Part shown: piece by piece, positions 39,401 to 48,600 of the stretch
How positions within the stretch are numbered: position 1 is the stretch's first letter
Layout of the letters: each line of letters opens with the position of its first letter
Notes under the pieces: model-generated
What the model was told of the DNA's origin: nothing
What the model saw: the letters and a program-made list of their open reading frames with translations, nothing else
The model's database searches: none
IMG/VR virus record: IMGVR_UViG_3300043446_003158
Location: 1-64,000 of that record
From: a virus
DNA length: 64,000 nt
Direction: 5' to 3' (one strand)
Position numbers and translations under genes: made by a program

Positions 39401-42400
39401 TGCCCAGTAGATCCACCATAAACATATGGAAATGGTGAACCAGAAGCATATAATAAAGCAGTTATAGAAGTTGATGCTGTTGATGATGTCCTTAAAACCC
39501 AATTAATAGTATTTGTAGAAACTGAAATCGTTCCAGATGCACCACCTAAAATAAAATTACTGCCGTCGTAAGTTGAGCAGTTAACATTTTCTGTAGCTCC
39601 AAATACTGCAGTTCTTAAGTTCCATGATGTATTATTGGATAATCCAACAGCAACAAATTCATTTGTAGAAGAATAATAAGAACTGCCGAATATACCAGTA
39701 GATCCAAATCCACTTGTAGTTCTAAAAGTCCACATTGTAGAACCATAAGATGTAATCAAATATTCGGATGATAAAGAAGACCAAGCAGATCCTTGAGGAG
39801 TAAAAGATCCAAATGCAACTGCGGTTGTTCTAATAATCCATATGATTGAATCTGACGAAGAAGCAACTTGATATGGGGAAATATTTCCAGTAGCAGCAAC
39901 ATATTTGTCACTTGCAGACGGTGCAGTTGAACCATAACTTAATGTATAAACTTGAGCATTTGCTACATTAAATGGAGTTGTTCTTAAACTCCAAACTCTA
40001 CTTACTGTTGATCCTCCGATTAAAAATTCTCCACCATTTAATGAAGACCATACTAAAGTACTAATTGCACTAGTTCCAAATCCAGAAGTTCTTTGAATCC
40101 AAACTACACCATCAGTTGATCCTGCAACAGAACCTTGAGATCCAAAAGCAGCTAAGTTACTTATCGTAGATGATGTTCTAAAATTGTAAACTATAGAAGA
40201 AATCGCACTAGTTCCAAATCCAGAAGTTCTAAATGTCCAAGTTGTTGTTGGTGTAAATCCTCCAATTAAATATTCACCTTGATTAGATTCTCCACCAAAA
40301 GAAGACCAAGTAGCAGAATCAATTCTTGTTGTTCCAAAACCACAAGTTCTTAAAACCCAACGAATACCATCAGTTGATCCACCAACAAATCCATTAGTTC
40401 CAGCAGATATAAAATTACTAATAGTTGAAGATGTTTTATTATTATTTGCTAAGTCCCATATGTGAGTTGTTCCAAATCCTGCGGTTCTTAAAGTCCAAAG
40501 AGTTGAAATTGTAGTAGCAGCAGCAGCTAAAAATTCTCCATTATTAAAAGAAGAATATGTTATAGTTGCAATAGAACTTGTCCCAAAACCAGAAGTTCTT
40601 AAAGACCATGCAATTGTATCTGTAGAAGATCTTAATGATCCCCCACTATAAGCATTAACAAAAAGATTAGGTGGAGAAAGAGTAGCTTTATTAGTATATG
40701 CAATTTGATTAACTTGTTGTGTTGTAACCGCAGTTCTTAAGATCCAAGTTGTTACGTTTCCAGAAAATCCACCAATTAAATATTCACCATTAAAATATGT
40801 TAGAGATGATATGGTGGTAGAACCAAATCCAGTTGCAGCAGGAGAAACCCATGCTATTGAGTCTGTAGATCCATATATAGAAGCACCAGTAACATAAGCA
40901 AAATTAGGAATTGTTGAAGAAGATTGATTATTAAATGTTACTAAATTAATCGCTGTTGCAACTCCAGATGTTCTTGCAGTCCAAGTTGTTGATGCTGTTG
41001 CATTACCACACAACAAATATTCATTGCTGAGTGTAGAATAAGTTAATCCTCCACTAGATCCAGATCCACCAACAGTGGTTCTTGCAAACCAAACAATTGC
41101 GTCAGTTGAAGATCCTAACCCATTTATTGTTGGACTAAGATAGACAAAATTACCATCAGTACTTGAATTTAAATTATTAGAAGTTACATAATTAATTACT
41201 GTGCTGCCTAAAGTTTGAACAGAAGTTCTTAAAGTCCAAACAGTAAGTGGTTGTAAAGTGCCACCTATTAAAAATTCATTAGAATTATAAGTAGCACCAG
41301 AAATAGAAGTAGAACCAAACCCAGAAGTTCTTAATTGCCAAATAACAGTATCAGTAGATGAAGCTAAAGTAGCACCAGCACCTCCAGCAATATAAGTTGT
41401 AATTCCACTTGATGGACTACCATTAGATGCTACTGCAATAATACTATTTGTAGAGAATATGGTTGTAGTTCTTACATACCATGTTACATCTGTAGCATAA
41501 CCACCTATTAAATATTCACCAACTTCTCCATTAAATGTTGAATATGTTAAACTAGTTACTGATGTTGATCCAAAACCAGAAGTTCTTAAAATCCAATTTA
41601 CCCCATCAGTAGATCCACCAACAGTTCCAGAAAGTCCAGAAAATACAAAATTACTATTAGTACTTGAATTTAAATTGTTAGACGCAACATTTAAAATATT
41701 GTTTGCATAATTAGCAGCAGTTCTTAAAGTCCAAACGGTAAGTGGTTGTAAAGTTCCACCTATTAAATATTCACCATAATTGTAAGTAAGACCAGTAATA
41801 GCAGTTGATCCAAACCCAGAAGTTCTTAATTCCCAAATAGTTCCATCAGTTGATGAAGTTAGAGTGGCACCTGCTCCACCCGCAACATAAGTTGTAATTC
41901 CACTTAATGGACTGCCATTGGATGTTAAAAAAGAAATAGAAGTAGAACCAAATCCAGAAGTTCTTAAAGACCATATAAAATAAGTTGCAGTACCACCTAT
42001 TAAAAATTCTTTATTATTGTATGGCGAATACGCTAATCCAGAAACATTTGTTGATCCAAATCCAGAAGTTCTAAAAGACCAAGCAATAGTATCAGTAGAA
42101 GACCTTAGTGGACCGCCTCCAGTACCAGGACCTGCAGCAACATAATAACTTGTATTACTTTCAAATAAATTTCCAGATGATAATAAAGTAATACTAGAAG
42201 ATCCAAATCCAGAAGTTCTTAAAATCCAATCAAAAGTATTACCATACCCAATCATGTAGTAAGGATTTAAATATCCAATGGCAGAAACTCCATATGTTTC
42301 AAGTCCAGAAGTTCTTAATTCCCACTGAATACCATCAGAAGAATTAGAAACGACTCCAGAAGAACTTACAGCAAGATATTTGTATGTTGATCCAAAAATA

Positions 42401-43596
42401 AGACCAGTGATTGCAGAAGAACCAAAACCACTTGCTGTTCTAAAAGTCCAAGCGATACCATCACTAGATGATTTTAATGTTCCACCAGTTCCAGCAATCA
42501 AATAACCTTCAGTTAATCCAGATCCATAAACCATGGATTGAATAAGACTGCTTCCAAATCCAGATGTTCTGAAAGTCCAAGATACAGAATCTGTAGATGA
42601 TCTTAATGTCCCACCGCTAGTTCCAGGACCAGATGCAAGATATAATGAATTTCCATATAAAAGATTATTAATTGCGCTACTTCCAAAACCAGAAGTTCTA
42701 AAAGACCATCCATTAAATCCTGAAGATATTGCCCCACCACCAGAACCACCAGATCCGTGTTTTCCACCATAATATAATGGATCAATTCCAGAACTACCAT
42801 TTCCTCCAGATGAACTTCCCCCAGATATTAAATAAGTATTATTAAATGCATAAGCAGTTACACTTCCACCAGAAACACCAGATTGTGTGCCATAAGATCC
42901 TCCACCACCACCAGAAGGGACTACCGTTTGACTTACATTTTCACCACTTCCAATCGCAGATCCAGATCCACCATCACCTCCAGTATAACCAACAGTATAA
43001 TTATAAGTTACAGAAGCTCCCCCAGGACCTTTGGTTGATCCAGAAGCTGCAGATCCACCAGCAGCATTAACAGAATAAGTAGTAGTTCCACTAGTTGAGT
43101 TTCCAGTCCAAGAAACTGTAGATGCATATCCAGCGGTTGGAGTTGTTCCCCCAGTTCCTCCTTTACCAACATCAACTGTAAATGTAGTTTCAGAAGATGC
43201 TATTTCAGAACGTCTAATTTCAAATTTAGCATATATACCACCACCACCACCTCCACCAGATGCACCACCAGTTGCAGTTTGCCCACCACCACCAGCACCA
43301 ACTAATTCAATTGTAAAAAACGATGCTGCAGGGGGAATGTAAAAAGTACTACTACCAATAGAAGTAAATTCTTGGTATCCTTTATATGTATTAGAACTTG
43401 AAGAAGAAAATCTAGAATCAACTGATTCCCAACTAGCAGTAACTATACCAACACTTGCAGAATCAATAACTAAGAAAGAATCCTGCACTGGATATGGTCT
43501 TGCAATTAAATCAACATAACGTCGGTTAACTGCATCATCTGAATTTAATATTGAAGAACTTACACCCGTAACTTTATTGCTATCTAATGAAGCCAT
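30454..43596 (-). CDS. Giant (4380 aa) Ser/Thr/Gly-rich virion fibre/adhesin-like protein with Asp-box-like beta-propeller repeats
   Basis: Many ~42-47 aa repeats S(S/T)DxIxWxxRTSGFG; DAVNRRYVD N-terminal motif; Gly-rich segments at both ends; late promoter upstream. Confidence 0.75.
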   Translation of the reverse strand: MASLDSNKVTGVSSSILNSDDAVNRRYVDLIARPYPVQDSFLVIDSASVGIVTASWESVDSRFSSSSSNTYKGYQEFTSIGSSTFYIPPAASFFTIELVGAGGGGQTATGGASGGGGGGGIYAKFEIRRSEIASSETTFTVDVGKGGTGGTTPTAGYASTVSWTGNSTSGTTTYSVNAAGGSAASGSTKGPGGASVTYNYTVGYTGGDGGSGSAIGSGENVSQTVVPSGGGGGSYGTQSGVSGGSVTAYAFNNTYLISGGSSSGGNGSSGIDPLYYGGKHGSGGSGGGAISSGFNGWSFRTSGFGSSAINNLLYGNSLYLASGPGTSGGTLRSSTDSVSWTFRTSGFGSSLIQSMVYGSGLTEGYLIAGTGGTLKSSSDGIAWTFRTASGFGSSAITGLIFGSTYKYLAVSSSGVVSNSSDGIQWELRTSGLETYGVSAIGYLNPYYMIGYGNTFDWILRTSGFGSSSITLLSSGNLFESNTSYYVAAGPGTGGGPLRSSTDTIAWSFRTSGFGSTNVSGLAYSPYNNKEFLIGGTATYFIWSLRTSGFGSTSISFLTSNGSPLSGITTYVAGGAGATLTSSTDGTIWELRTSGFGSTAITGLTYNYGEYLIGGTLQPLTVWTLRTAANYANNILNVASNNLNSSTNSNFVFSGLSGTVGGSTDGVNWILRTSGFGSTSVTSLTYSTFNGEVGEYLIGGYATDVTWYVRTTTIFSTNSIIAVASNGSPSSGITTYIAGGAGATLASSTDTVIWQLRTSGFGSTSISGATYNSNEFLIGGTLQPLTVWTLRTSVQTLGSTVINYVTSNNLNSSTDGNFVYLSPTINGLGSSTDAIVWFARTTVGGSGSSGGLTYSTLSNEYLLCGNATASTTWTARTSGVATAINLVTFNNQSSSTIPNFAYVTGASIYGSTDSIAWVSPAATGFGSTTISSLTYFNGEYLIGGFSGNVTTWILRTAVTTQQVNQIAYTNKATLSPPNLFVNAYSGGSLRSSTDTIAWSLRTSGFGTSSIATITYSSFNNGEFLAAAATTISTLWTLRTAGFGTTHIWDLANNNKTSSTISNFISAGTNGFVGGSTDGIRWVLRTCGFGTTRIDSATWSSFGGESNQGEYLIGGFTPTTTWTFRTSGFGTSAISSIVYNFRTSSTISNLAAFGSQGSVAGSTDGVVWIQRTSGFGTSAISTLVWSSLNGGEFLIGGSTVSRVWSLRTTPFNVANAQVYTLSYGSTAPSASDKYVAATGNISPYQVASSSDSIIWIIRTTAVAFGSFTPQGSAWSSLSSEYLITSYGSTMWTFRTTSGFGSTGIFGSSYYSSTNEFVAVGLSNNTSWNLRTAVFGATENVNCSTYDGSNFILGGASGTISVSTNTINWVLRTSSTASTSITALLYASGSPFPYVYGGSTGQISSSSDGIRWSLRTAGFGTSQVYSLAYGFVNSTHTYIICGGASIKTSTDTIAWTFRTSGFGSTSIGAVTFSNATSEKFVAVGNNGTTRSSTDGIAWTFRTAGTAPSGFLSLIYSNSTYGYVTGGTSGALSVSTDAIAWTLRTTGFGTTSVSTISFDSISNSYVIGGPNGTVKTSTDTISWIFRTSTTANGFLTLAYANELHVSGSQNGFVQSSTTSRLNGVGAGALIATSSDSIYWVLRTTCSNIQGVSASAYRPIASGSGYTLGGFTNYLGAGGILASSTDNISWFIRTIGFGTSAITAVAFLNSNYYAASITGDLSFSTDTINWTFRTSGFGTSAINNLAYGALPAVNFLAVGPAATLRSSTDGIAWTFRTSGFGATGITQVVYAGDQSSNKYVIGGVNGLVRSSTDAIAWVLRTVSGLSTNTVTSLEYNSGVFVISGSSVSLTSTDSIVWVIRTSGFGSSTINTTAYGNNIWMQGGNGATVIASRQDILSQLGTGFTLQASTDGISWVARTTPFGSANPTFLATQSVGSYSLVGCQDYFGFNNGIICASSDNVIWTLRTSGFGNTAVRGFTYDGSTTYLAVGNSGIIMASTDTISWVYRTSPSTGYLLYSATYAPEFEQKYIVSGNQVTLTSTDSIRWVIRTTANIIGSYTPVVYSNGVALLNAASASSTDAITWILRTTGIAGQNIASPGNGIFLIGGLFTGSNAAIAISTPLLLSSLGTGGVLRASTDTIAWVTRTSPYNIESIDQFSSTPSYVFSRVTNQISQSALISSTDNITWELRTQGIGSFGSSSILSVAYGNNTYSLTLSANGQVFSSDDSLSWIARTSASGNATSTMLLYGERFLTYDITNGIRVSTDSINWFIRTQATAIASGTYSSGYYDNGLYVLSSASSPFGNTITSTDTINWVLRTTGFGSSLILTTSELTDVWIIGGQGGTIQSATRSSLDLLGSGALLRASTDSIAWTTRTTPLSTVGINNWSLKQNGSYVFCGLRDYRGSNTALALSTDNVIWTLRTTGLLGNQLVYGSLYDGSNYLVTSDLGGIAISSDSIFWTLRTSGFGTSAIYIAQYASDQSQRYLIAGANSTIASSTDAITWFIRTLGFAGSDVRDINYSNNVYLANLTTALLVSTDTITWQLRTSVFTNINAITYHSLLDSYVVGGDNGAMEYATASLVKSNGTGAFLRASTDSIAWVTRTAPYNTQNAGAIEFGGSYVVFQSPDYSGNGTNICVSTDNIIWILRTTGLDGDQIRSLWYASGQTNPYIAAGTRGSFIVSSDTISWTLRTTGYQTATITSLTFGSLPSSTYVIGLNTGEIATSTDSITWEAGNAAGGLSTNVSKLYYSNGDYLCVSNGTTNYVASSTNGIMWVLRTNATTTASYNAIISNSTGSEFLIGSTGGSVQYATSSSISLGTGGILRASADLSSWTTRTTTYDSLSVTYLNAAGSYVFGNLSNYYGGTGADLIMSTNNISWSLLNTGLGTGVNSILYDGTNYVAAGAIGSLATSTDTISWTLRTAGFGTSTINGISYGSDKVEKYVAIGVNGTLRSSTDSISWSIRTSGFGTSTITSILYRSPFYLIAGAQGRNQTSTDGITWIIRTTTGFGTSQINSVTYGNNNYLMVGGSGIMNSSINLSYGYGGVIGASTDSIIWVLRTSPTGIIGISAIESVGSYVLAGSSDITGGSGGLIASTNNIIWQFRSSGFGISAINAFTYGSLPTDTYVAAGASGTLMTSTDTISWTLQTSGFGTTSISSLTYSSSPSATYVAGGPSGTLTSSTDGIAWTLRTTGLGTTTINAVNSYSGTYVIAASNGRTLTSTDTIVWILRTNSGFGTSAITDIAYGSGADVWIASGNSGNLIMTSNHLSIRNLGTGGLLRASTDSIAWVTRTTSASVQAISVMEKEGSYSIATGTNSLSQTIITVSTDNIIWVLRTSGFGTTAINAFTYGSLPTDTYVAAGASGTLMTSTDTISWTLQTSGFGTSNLASLAYGTVGPSSQPYYVVGSAGGAIGASTDAIAWTIRTSGAGFGTSTANVASYINFDLDAFVVGGSSGRILTSTDSFVWILRTSGFGTSSINCIASGGSGFNSTYIIGGVNGTLASSTGPILYGLGAGSLISASTDSISWQIRTTPLSNQNTTDLEYSGSYVLAHTTNYLGQSGGLIVSTNNIIWVLRTSGFGLTAINAFTYGSLPTDTYVAAGASGTLMTSTDTISWTLQTSGFGATNINGLAYGNQPTSTYVAAGNNATIMTSTDAIAWAFRTTPSGLGTTTINSVRYYDGAYVIAANTGRSLTSTDGIVWIMRTTGSATANLCLTYGSGADVWLMAGVISTNATIMTSNHLSIRNLGTGGLLRASTDSIAWVTRTTSASVQAISVMEKEGSYSIATGTNSLSQTIITVSTDNIIWVLRTSGFGTTAINAFTYGSLPTDTYVAAGASGTLMTSTDTISWTLQTSGFLTNSINNLAYGSSPTTTYVASGTSGRLATSTDGIAWTIRTTGFGTSSINSLMYINDTNIYVIGGQSGTNRISTDAISWVIRTTTGFGSSSISAMTYGGTLALIGGGLNGLLNSAVIKTLTYGSSGALLAASTDTISWSLRTSPIEIFSLSTIKQVGSYVLASALDGASQRQIIASTNNIIWVLRTSGFGTTAINAFTYGSLPTDTYVASGDSGTLMTSTDTIRWTLQTSGFGTSNIQSLVYSSSPTTTYVAIGIKGTLTTSTDAIAWTLRTTGFGTSDINSISYNNNLYVIGGANGTVSISTDAIIWRFRTSGFGSSTINTMTYLNDIFVIGGINATMSSASYIGLTEGNGRMVVSTDTISWQSRTVKNNLQTFNSVYSINSSGTRYLIGGTDNSNQPILIYSTDSISWQLRTSGFGSTAINGFAHDGLYYAAIGGSTIVYSTDAITWRLRTSTYGGFGSTAISAIVYGNSLYLVGGPQATMSSFNGGEPVSAAGNGGDGTRGGGGGGGGYSVENNLSGTGGNGGDGYVRITWW
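32059..32421. repeat. Exact 363-bp intragenic duplication, copy 1
   Basis: Reads identical by eye to 33478..33840 (offset 1419 bp). Confidence 0.85.
33478..33840. repeat. Exact 363-bp intragenic duplication, copy 2
   Basis: Reads identical by eye to 32059..32421. Confidence 0.85.
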
Positions 43597-43618
43597 TTAA
43601 TTACTTTTACCGTAAAAA

Positions 43619-43626
43619 TATTTATC
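43619..43626 (-). promoter_or_regulatory. T4-like late promoter (GATAAATA)
   Basis: NATAAATA 23 nt upstream of the giant-protein ATG. Confidence 0.6.
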
Positions 43627-44587
43627 AGAACCAAGTGACCCTAACAAAACCATTTCCACCATTTCCACCTGTTCCAAACCCAGATACAACACTTCCACCT
43701 CCTCCACCACCACTTCCGCGACTACCTTGTCCTCCTGCTCCAGCACCACTAGTATTAACAGCACCTCCTCCCCCACCACCATATCCATAATTAATTCCAT
43801 CTATTGCGGTGGAAGAAGTTCCATTAGCATTTCCAGAACCACCAGATGCCGCTAGTGTATTTCCATACAAACTTATAGATCCTCCTGATCCACCAGTATA
43901 AGAAGTAGAAGTAGTGGATCTTGCACCTGAACCTCCACCAGTTGCTTGATATGAATTACTTTGTGCAGTAGCAGAACTACCAGTTCCATCTGTAGCTCTT
44001 CCAGAAGCTCCAGCAAGTCCCACAGTAGTGTAGTGCCTACCAGTTTGAAATCCTTGAGATAATGCAGCAACTCCAGAAGAACCAGCGCCCAATGAAGTTA
44101 GAGTTACAACTCCAACTGTATTGTTTGAAGTAAATGAAACTGTAGAAGCAACTCCTGCAGATCCAGATTGTCCATCAGAAATTCCACCTGTTCCACCAGA
44201 ACCAACTATAATTGTTAAATCGGAATTAATTAAATTAGTTGGTATATACCAACTAGTATAAGATCCAGATCCACCACCATGTCCAGAAGTTCCATTACTA
44301 GCACCAGATCCACCTCCGCCACCTCCTCCCATTATTTCAATAAACAAAATATTAGATCCAGAATAAACTGTAAAAGTTTGCTGTCCTACAGAAGTAAATT
44401 CTTGACTGTTTGATATATAATTCCATGATTGTGATATTCCATCAGTAGAATATAAATATTTTCCACTATTTCCAGTTACAGATGGTATTGGAACAACTTG
44501 ATCAACATATTGTTTATTGACAACTTCAGTTAATTCAAAAACATTTGTTGTTATTCCAGATATTTTGTTAGAATGTGCGGTTGTCAT
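43625..44587 (-). CDS. Glycine-rich virion/adhesin-like protein (320 aa)
   Basis: VVNKQYVD, QEFTSVG, GGGGGGGSG ... GGNGGNGFVRVTWF. Confidence 0.7.
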   Translation of the reverse strand: MTTAHSNKISGITTNVFELTEVVNKQYVDQVVPIPSVTGNSGKYLYSTDGISQSWNYISNSQEFTSVGQQTFTVYSGSNILFIEIMGGGGGGGSGASNGTSGHGGGSGSYTSWYIPTNLINSDLTIIVGSGGTGGISDGQSGSAGVASTVSFTSNNTVGVVTLTSLGAGSSGVAALSQGFQTGRHYTTVGLAGASGRATDGTGSSATAQSNSYQATGGGSGARSTTSTSYTGGSGGSISLYGNTLAASGGSGNANGTSSTAIDGINYGYGGGGGGAVNTSGAGAGGQGSRGSGGGGGGSVVSGFGTGGNGGNGFVRVTWF

Positions 44588-44590
44588 GTC

Positions 44591-45652
44591 TTATCCTCTC
44601 CACATTATCATTACATATCCAGCACCGCCATTTCCACCATTTCCAGATGCTTGACTTCCAAAAACAGAATTTCCTTGTCCTCCTCCTCCGCCGCCGCCGC
44701 CACCACCACGAGTACCAACTCCTCCAGGAGTTCCACTAGCTTGAGAACCTGGTCCTCCTGAACCACCATATCCATATGATAATCCAGTGATTGCAGTAGA
44801 AGCTCTAGACGTAGTTGTTGTTTGATAAGTATTATTGTATACATATATTGCTCCACCAACTCCCTGTACATAATCAGATCCAGCATTTGATCCTCCCCCA
44901 CCTCCACCAGTACACTGATATCTTGAACTCATATTAGTTCCATTACCAGCAGTTTGTATATTTGGTGCGGAAATTCTTGCGCCTCTACCACCAGCAGTTC
45001 CAGCAGTGGCCCAAACATAGTTAGGATCAGTGGTAATTACTCCACCAGGACCACCAGCGCCACCTACAGATGGAGCAGTATTGCCTCCAATTCCAGCACC
45101 TCCACCAGATCCACCAGGAGCTGTTAGTGTATAAGTATATCCCCCAGTTCCAGTCCAAGAAACTGTCGTAGATCCTCCTGCAGTTCCTACAGTTCCACTT
45201 GAACCTGCTGCTGGTGATCCAGGTCCACCAGGTCCACCCGCACCAACAGTAATATCTATTGTAGATCCTGTTATATTAGATCTGGGAATTATCCACATTG
45301 CAGAAGATCCTCCTCCGCCGCCACCTCCACCAGAATCATATCCATAAAATCCACTTGGTCCACTACCTCCACCACCTCCGCCACCTCCACCGCCAGTTAA
45401 AATAAAAGTAAATTCTTTAGCTTGAGTAGGTATTGTGAAGGTTGAACTTCCAGAAGTTGTATATTGAATATATGAAGTAATTCCAACCCAAGAGTTTGTA
45501 GATCCATCTGTATAAAGAAATTCATAAATTTCAGTGCTAGTTGGAGTTGTTATAGTATTCATACCGTCTACATGTTCTTTGTAGACTGCATCATAAGAAT
45601 CAACTGTAGTTGTTATACCACTAATATGAGTATTACCTATACTTACTGGCAT
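44591..45652 (-). CDS. Glycine-rich virion/adhesin-like protein (353 aa)
   Basis: DAVYKEHVD, poly-Gly segments, GGNGGAGYVMIMW. Confidence 0.7.
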   Translation of the reverse strand: MPVSIGNTHISGITTTVDSYDAVYKEHVDGMNTITTPTSTEIYEFLYTDGSTNSWVGITSYIQYTTSGSSTFTIPTQAKEFTFILTGGGGGGGGGGSGPSGFYGYDSGGGGGGGGSSAMWIIPRSNITGSTIDITVGAGGPGGPGSPAAGSSGTVGTAGGSTTVSWTGTGGYTYTLTAPGGSGGGAGIGGNTAPSVGGAGGPGGVITTDPNYVWATAGTAGGRGARISAPNIQTAGNGTNMSSRYQCTGGGGGGSNAGSDYVQGVGGAIYVYNNTYQTTTTSRASTAITGLSYGYGGSGGPGSQASGTPGGVGTRGGGGGGGGGGQGNSVFGSQASGNGGNGGAGYVMIMWRG

Positions 45653-45656
45653 TTTT

Positions 45657-48600
45657 TTATTTACTATCTATTTTTAAGTTAAGTTCTTTAATTGCTTCAA
45701 TCAATAAAGCAACCAAATTAGAATATGCAACTGATTTAACTTCATAATTTTCTGTTTTTTTCTTAGGGTACACTACATCAGGAACAATCTTTTCAATTTC
45801 TTGAGCTATAAGTCCTATTTGATGATCTCCACTATCTGTGCGATCAAATTCGACTCCACGTAACATTAGAACTTTATCTAAAGCATTTTCTATAGTTTTA
45901 ACATTTATTTTTAATATTTCATCGGAATTTGCCGTTAATGTTCCACCAGCAACAAGATTTCCTGTCGATGGATTAAATGTAAGTTTTGTTGATGATACAT
46001 AAGCAGTTTGTGCAGCTCCAGCAGTAACAGAAAGAATACCGACATACCAATTTGAATTTGTAGTTGTATCATCATATATTGTTACAGATCCGCTAGCATT
46101 TATGTTTGATAATTTAGATCCATCACCATAATAAGAAGTTGCACTAACAATTCCCAAAGAACCATAGAATGTAATTGCAGAACCAACTTGCATTACTTGA
46201 GTTGTTTTATCAAATGTTAAATTTGCAGATGCTCCAGCAGAATTATTATCATTAAATATAATTTGCTTATCAGATCCAGCAACAGGTCCTATTGTTCCCT
46301 GCAAACCTTGAAGTCCTTGTGTTCCCTGAACACCTTGAAGTCCTTGGGTTCCCTGAATTCCTTGAAGTCCTTGAGTTCCTTGAACACCCTGATCACCCTG
46401 GAGTCCTTGGGTTCCCTGAACTCCCTGCAATCCTTGTATTCCCTGATCACCCTGGAGTCCTTGTGTTCCTTGAACTCCCTGATCACCCTGGAGTCCTTGG
46501 GTTCCCTGAACACCTTGAAGTCCTTGAACTCCCTGTAAACCTTGTGTTCCCTGAACTCCCTGCAATCCTTGTGTTCCTTGAACTCCTTGGACACCTTGAA
46601 GTCCTTGAGTGCCTTGAACACCTTGGAGTCCTTGTGTTCCTTGAACTCCCTGATCACCCTGGAGTCCTTGTGTTCCTTGAACTCCCTGTAAACCTTGAGT
46701 ACCTTGAACACCTTGAAGTCCTTGGGTTCCTTGTGTTCCTTGAACTCCCTGTAAACCTTGAGTACCTTGAACACCTTGAAGTCCTTGGGTTCCTTGTGTT
46801 CCTTGAACTCCCTGTAAACCTTGAGTACCTTGAACACCTTGAAGTCCTTGGGTTCCTTGAACACCTTGATCACCTTGAAGTCCTTGGATTCCTTGAACTC
46901 CCTGCAATCCTTGAGTTCCTTGAGTTCCTTGAGTTCCTTGTGTTCCTTGTAAACCTTGGGTTCCTTGAACTCCTTGGACACCTTGAAGTCCTTGAGTGCC
47001 TTGAACACCTTGGAGTCCTTGTGTTCCTTGAACTCCCTGATCACCCTGGAGTCCTTGAGTGCCTTGAGTCCCCTGCAAACCTTGAGTTCCCTGAACTCCT
47101 TGAAGTCCTTGAGTACCTTGAGTACCTTGATCACCTTGAAGTCCTTGAAGTCCTTGAAGTCCTTGAGTACCTTGAACTCCCTGCAATCCTTGAGTTCCTT
47201 GAGTTCCTTGAACACCTTGGAGTCCTTGAGTACCTTGAACTCCCTGCAATCCTTGAGTTCCTTGAGTTCCTTGGAGTCCTTGAGTACCTTGAACTCCTTG
47301 TAAACCTTGAAGTCCTTGTGTTCCCTGAACACCTTGAAGTCCTTGTGTTCCTTGAACTCCCTGTAAACCTTGAGTACCTTGAAATCCATCAACACCTATA
47401 ACACCATCTTGCCCACGAAGACCTTGTAATCCTTGTAACCCAGCAGCATAAGGAGTAGTCCAAGAAACTCCAGCGCCAGTAGAAATAAGAACTGATCCAG
47501 CAGCGCCTACATTATTATAAATGTCCTTTAATGTAGAATTCAGTTCAATAGGACCTTCAAAAAGGAAGTTTCCAGTACCATCAATTTGTGCTCTTACTGC
47601 AGCAGAACTAGCATCAACAAAACGAAGACTTGGTGTTGATGTATTGCCATAAACATCAATATACCAAGAAGTAGCATTATCAGTTGCTCTACCAAAACTT
47701 AACTGACCACCTTCACTACCCGTATCAACTCTACCTGCTTTGATTTCTCCACCATTAAAGTTAAGAGATGTATCACTAACTTGCATTCCACCAGCAGCAA
47801 GCCTTACACCATTAGGAATTGTTAAAGTTCCAATACCAAGAGCATAGTTAAATGCCCAAGCATCAGTGTTCAATCCAGTGAAAGTACCAGACTTGAACCA
47901 CATTAATTGCTTATAAGTATCTGGAGTTATTTCTCCACCAGAATTAAAATTAACTAATGGACTACCTTCAGTGGATGCAATCGCAATACCACCAGTGTTT
48001 GCAGTGGTATCTGTAGAAACATCATTACCAAATGCATCTGTTATTACACCAACTACAATATCCTTATCTTTGATTCTAAGTTCATTAGATACAATATATG
48101 ATGATGTACCTCCGATAGTAATATTACCACCAACATAAAGATTAGATCCATCAAAAGTTAAATTACCAGAACCAGTAGGATTGTTGGAGCCATCTTTATA
48201 AACAATTTGATTGGCAGATCCTGCTACAGGTCCAGTTTGTCCTTGAACTCCCTGTAAACCTTGTGTTCCTTGAACTCCCTGCAATCCTTGTGTTCCCTGA
48301 ACACCTTGAACTCCTTGTAAACCTTGAGTACCTTGAACACCTTGAAGTCCTTGAGTACCTTGAGTACCTTGTAAACCTTGGGTTCCTTGAACTCCTTGTA
48401 GTCCTTGGATGCCCTGAACACCCTGAACACCTTGAAGTCCTTGTGCTCCTTGTGTTCCTTGTAAACCTTGGGTTCCTTGAACTCCTTGAAGTCCTTGAGT
48501 ACCTTGAACTCCTTGAAGTCCTTGGGTGCCTTGAACACCCTGAACACCTTGAAGTCCTTGTGCTCCTTGTGTTCCTTGTAAACCTTGGGTTCCTTGTACT

